In this document: positions 13,287-15,145 of the stretch, one piece after another
How positions within the stretch are numbered: the first letter of the stretch is position 1
Layout: each line of letters opens with the position of its first letter
From: Thermoanaerobaculia bacterium
Lineage (GTDB): Bacteria > Acidobacteriota > Thermoanaerobaculia > UBA5066
NCBI GenBank assembly: GCA_963816185.1
Contig: CAWFJJ010000004.1
Location: 1-15,145 of the forward strand
Direction: 5' to 3'
DNA: 15,145 nt
Notes under the pieces: generated by a model
Seen by the model: the letters and a program-made list of their open reading frames with translations, nothing else
The model's database searches: none
Told to the model about the DNA's origin: nothing
Made by a program: the position numbers and the translations under genes

Positions 13287-14663
13287 TCAGCGGGCCAGCG
13301 GAGCGAAGCGCGCCGTGAAGTGGCGGAGCATGCGCGGGGCCTCGGTGATGCGGTAGCCCGTGATCTTCGACGCGTTCTTTGCGACCTCGAGGACGGCCTC
13401 GGCCACGTAATCCACGTGAGACTGCGTGTAGACGCGGCGCGGGAAGGCGAGGCGCACGAGATCCATCGGGCCGGGCTGCTCGGTGCCGTCTCTCTTCAGC
13501 CCGAACATGACCGTCCCGATCTCGACGCCGCGCACGCCCGCGACCTCGTAAAGCGCGTTTACGAGCGCGATGCCCGGGTACTGGAGCGGCGGGATGTGCG
13601 GGAGCAGCGCGCGTGCGTCGAGGTACACCGCATGCCCGCCGGGCGGACGGATCATCGGCACGCGGGCCGATTCCAGCTTCTCGGCGAGGTACTCGATCGA
13701 GCGGATGCGGTATTGCAGGTACGGCTCTTCGACGACCTCCTCGAGGCCGCGCGCGATCGCCTCGAGGTCGTAGCCGGCGAGGCCGCCGTACGTCGGGAAC
13801 CCCTCCGTGAGGATGAGAAGGTTGCGCGCTTTCTCGGCCCAGGCGTCGTCGTTCATCGCGAGGAAGCCGCCGATGTTCGCAAGCCCGTCCTTCTTCGCCG
13901 ACATCGTGCAGCCGTCGGCCAGGGAGAACATCTCCTGCGCGATCTCCTTCGGGGTCCGGCCGTCCTGCCCCTTCTCACGGCGCTTGACGAGGTACGCGTT
14001 CTCGGCGAAGCGGCAGGCGTCGAGGAAGAAGGGCTTGTCGAACCGGTCGCAGAGCGCGCGCACGCCGTGGAGGTTCTCGAGCGACACGGGCTGGCCGCCC
14101 CCGGAGTTGTTCGTGACGGTGACCATGACGAGCGGAACGCGGCCGCCGTCCTTCGCGAGCGTCTCCTCGAGGGCTCCGAGATCGACGTTGCCCTTGAACG
14201 GGTGGAGGAGACTCGGGACGCGTCCTTCCGCAATGACGAGGTCGCGCGCCTCGGCGCCTTCGACCTCCACGTTCGCGCGCGTCGTGTCGAAGTGGTTGTT
14301 ATTCGGGACGACGTCGCCCTCGTGAAGGATCGTGTGGAAGAGGATGCGCTCCGCGGCGCGCCCCTGATGCGTCGGAATGACGTGCTTGAACCCCGTCAGC
14401 TCCTGCACGGCGTCGCGAAACCGGTAATACGAGCGGCTGCCCGCATACGACTCGTCGCCCTGCATGAGCGCGCCCCACTGCGCGGCCGACATCGCGCCCG
14501 TGCCGGAGTCCGTCAGGAGGTCGATGAGGACGTCCTCGGCACGGAGGAGGAAGACGTTGTATCCGGCCTCGGCGATGGCCTTTTGCCGCTCCTCGACGGT
14601 CGTCGTCTTGATCGTCTCGACGGATTTGATCCGGAAGGGCTCGATGATCGTGCGGAATTCCAC
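13287..14663 (-). CDS. tnaA: Tryptophanase (tryptophan indole-lyase), 458 aa
   Basis: Start GTG 14663 (MEFRTIIEPFRIKSVE). Motifs DLLTDSGT, GDESYAGS, HQGRAAE, the PLP lysine in MSAKKDG, and GGHAVY. Residues VEIG and RHFTARF are the tryptophanase type; tyrosine phenol-lyase has ERG and RFFTARF. Confidence 0.9.
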   Translation of the reverse strand: MEFRTIIEPFRIKSVETIKTTTVEERQKAIAEAGYNVFLLRAEDVLIDLLTDSGTGAMSAAQWGALMQGDESYAGSRSYYRFRDAVQELTGFKHVIPTHQGRAAERILFHTILHEGDVVPNNNHFDTTRANVEVEGAEARDLVIAEGRVPSLLHPFKGNVDLGALEETLAKDGGRVPLVMVTVTNNSGGGQPVSLENLHGVRALCDRFDKPFFLDACRFAENAYLVKRREKGQDGRTPKEIAQEMFSLADGCTMSAKKDGLANIGGFLAMNDDAWAEKARNLLILTEGFPTYGGLAGYDLEAIARGLEEVVEEPYLQYRIRSIEYLAEKLESARVPMIRPPGGHAVYLDARALLPHIPPLQYPGIALVNALYEVAGVRGVEIGTVMFGLKRDGTEQPGPMDLVRLAFPRRVYTQSHVDYVAEAVLEVAKNASKITGYRITEAPRMLRHFTARFAPLAR

Positions 14664-14671
14664 GAGAGGCG

Positions 14672-14680
14672 AGGATAGCA
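14672..14680 (-). promoter_or_regulatory. Extended -10 element of a probable leaderless tnaA promoter
   Basis: TGCTATCCT (TGnTAnnnT) lies 8 nt upstream of the GTG. There is no SD in the 23-bp gap. Confidence 0.55.
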
Positions 14681-14686
14681 GCGGGT

Positions 14687-15145
14687 TCAGGCCGGAGTGA
14701 GTCCGACCACCCGGCCGTCCACGAGGTCGATGCGCTCGGCTGCGGGGATGGCCGGAAGGCCCGGCATCCTGATCATGTCTCCGAGCAGCGGTACGAGGTA
14801 GCCCGCGCCGGCCGCGAGGACGACGCCCCGCACGGTGATGTCGAAGTCCTCCGGGCGCCCCAGGAGCTTCGGGTCGTCCGACAGCGACTTCTGCGTTTTC
14901 GCGACACAGAGCGGGAGGTCGCCGTATCCGAACGCGACCGCTCGCGCGAGGTCCGCGTCCGCCTCGCGAGTCCAGACGACGTCGCTCGCGCCGTACATGG
15001 CGCGGGCGATCTTCGACATCTTCTCCTTTGGGGGATCGGTTCTGTCGTAGAGCGGCCGGAACCGGCTGCCGGGCCCTTCCGCCTGCGCCACGACGGCGTC
15101 GGCGAGCTCGATGCCCCCCTCTCCGCCGCACGCGAAGACGTCCGA
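14687..15145 (-). CDS. fhs: Formate--tetrahydrofolate ligase, C-terminal part (runs off the window edge)
   Basis: Motifs VFACGGEGGIELA, KIARAMYGA, LPLCVAKTQKSLSDDP, AGAGYLV and MPGLPAIPAAERID. The frame is open to 15145. Confidence 0.93.
   Translation of the reverse strand, partial: SDVFACGGEGGIELADAVVAQAEGPGSRFRPLYDRTDPPKEKMSKIARAMYGASDVVWTREADADLARAVAFGYGDLPLCVAKTQKSLSDDPKLLGRPEDFDITVRGVVLAAGAGYLVPLLGDMIRMPGLPAIPAAERIDLVDGRVVGLTPA

Noticed and set aside
13287-14663. Tyrosine phenol-lyase (tpl) assignment
   Set aside because: The diagnostic residues (VEIG, RHFTARF) are of the tryptophanase type.
14664-15131. N-terminal extension of the 614-aa tryptophanase ORF (apparent fusion)
   Set aside because: It is an out-of-frame read of fhs. 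Tryptophanase homology begins at GTG 14663.
1-15145. CRISPR array, tRNA, rRNA or a recognisable riboswitch
   Set aside because: By eye, the short intergenic regions show no regularly spaced repeats, cloverleaf structures or known aptamer consensus.

Overview
This is a high-GC bacterial chromosomal window. The kinase type suggests Acidobacteriota (inference only). Gene order: HDAC-family amidohydrolase and enoyl-CoA hydratase (-), a DAO-family FAD oxidoreductase (+), a GAF-PAS-GAF-PAS-GGDEF-EAL c-di-GMP enzyme (+), a Ser/Thr kinase with a TolB-like/TPR C-terminus (-), a CBS protein (+), a coiled-coil Cbp1-like lipoprotein (+), a DUF3455 protein (-), polyphosphate:AMP phosphotransferase pap (-), a small monoheme cytochrome c (+), tryptophanase tnaA (-) and the 3' part of fhs (-). 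The most notable structure is hidden in the short intergenic gaps. Region 2911-9611 reads as two tandem modules, each opened by the last 60 bp of the DAO gene (the two copies differ only at synonymous sites) and closed by a 5' fragment of a tartrate/D-malate dehydrogenase-type gene. The two modules carry different signalling cargo. An orphan C-terminal tail directly after the kinase stop suggests the kinase's C-terminal module was swapped. I saw no integrase, transposase, CRISPR array, tRNA or rRNA.
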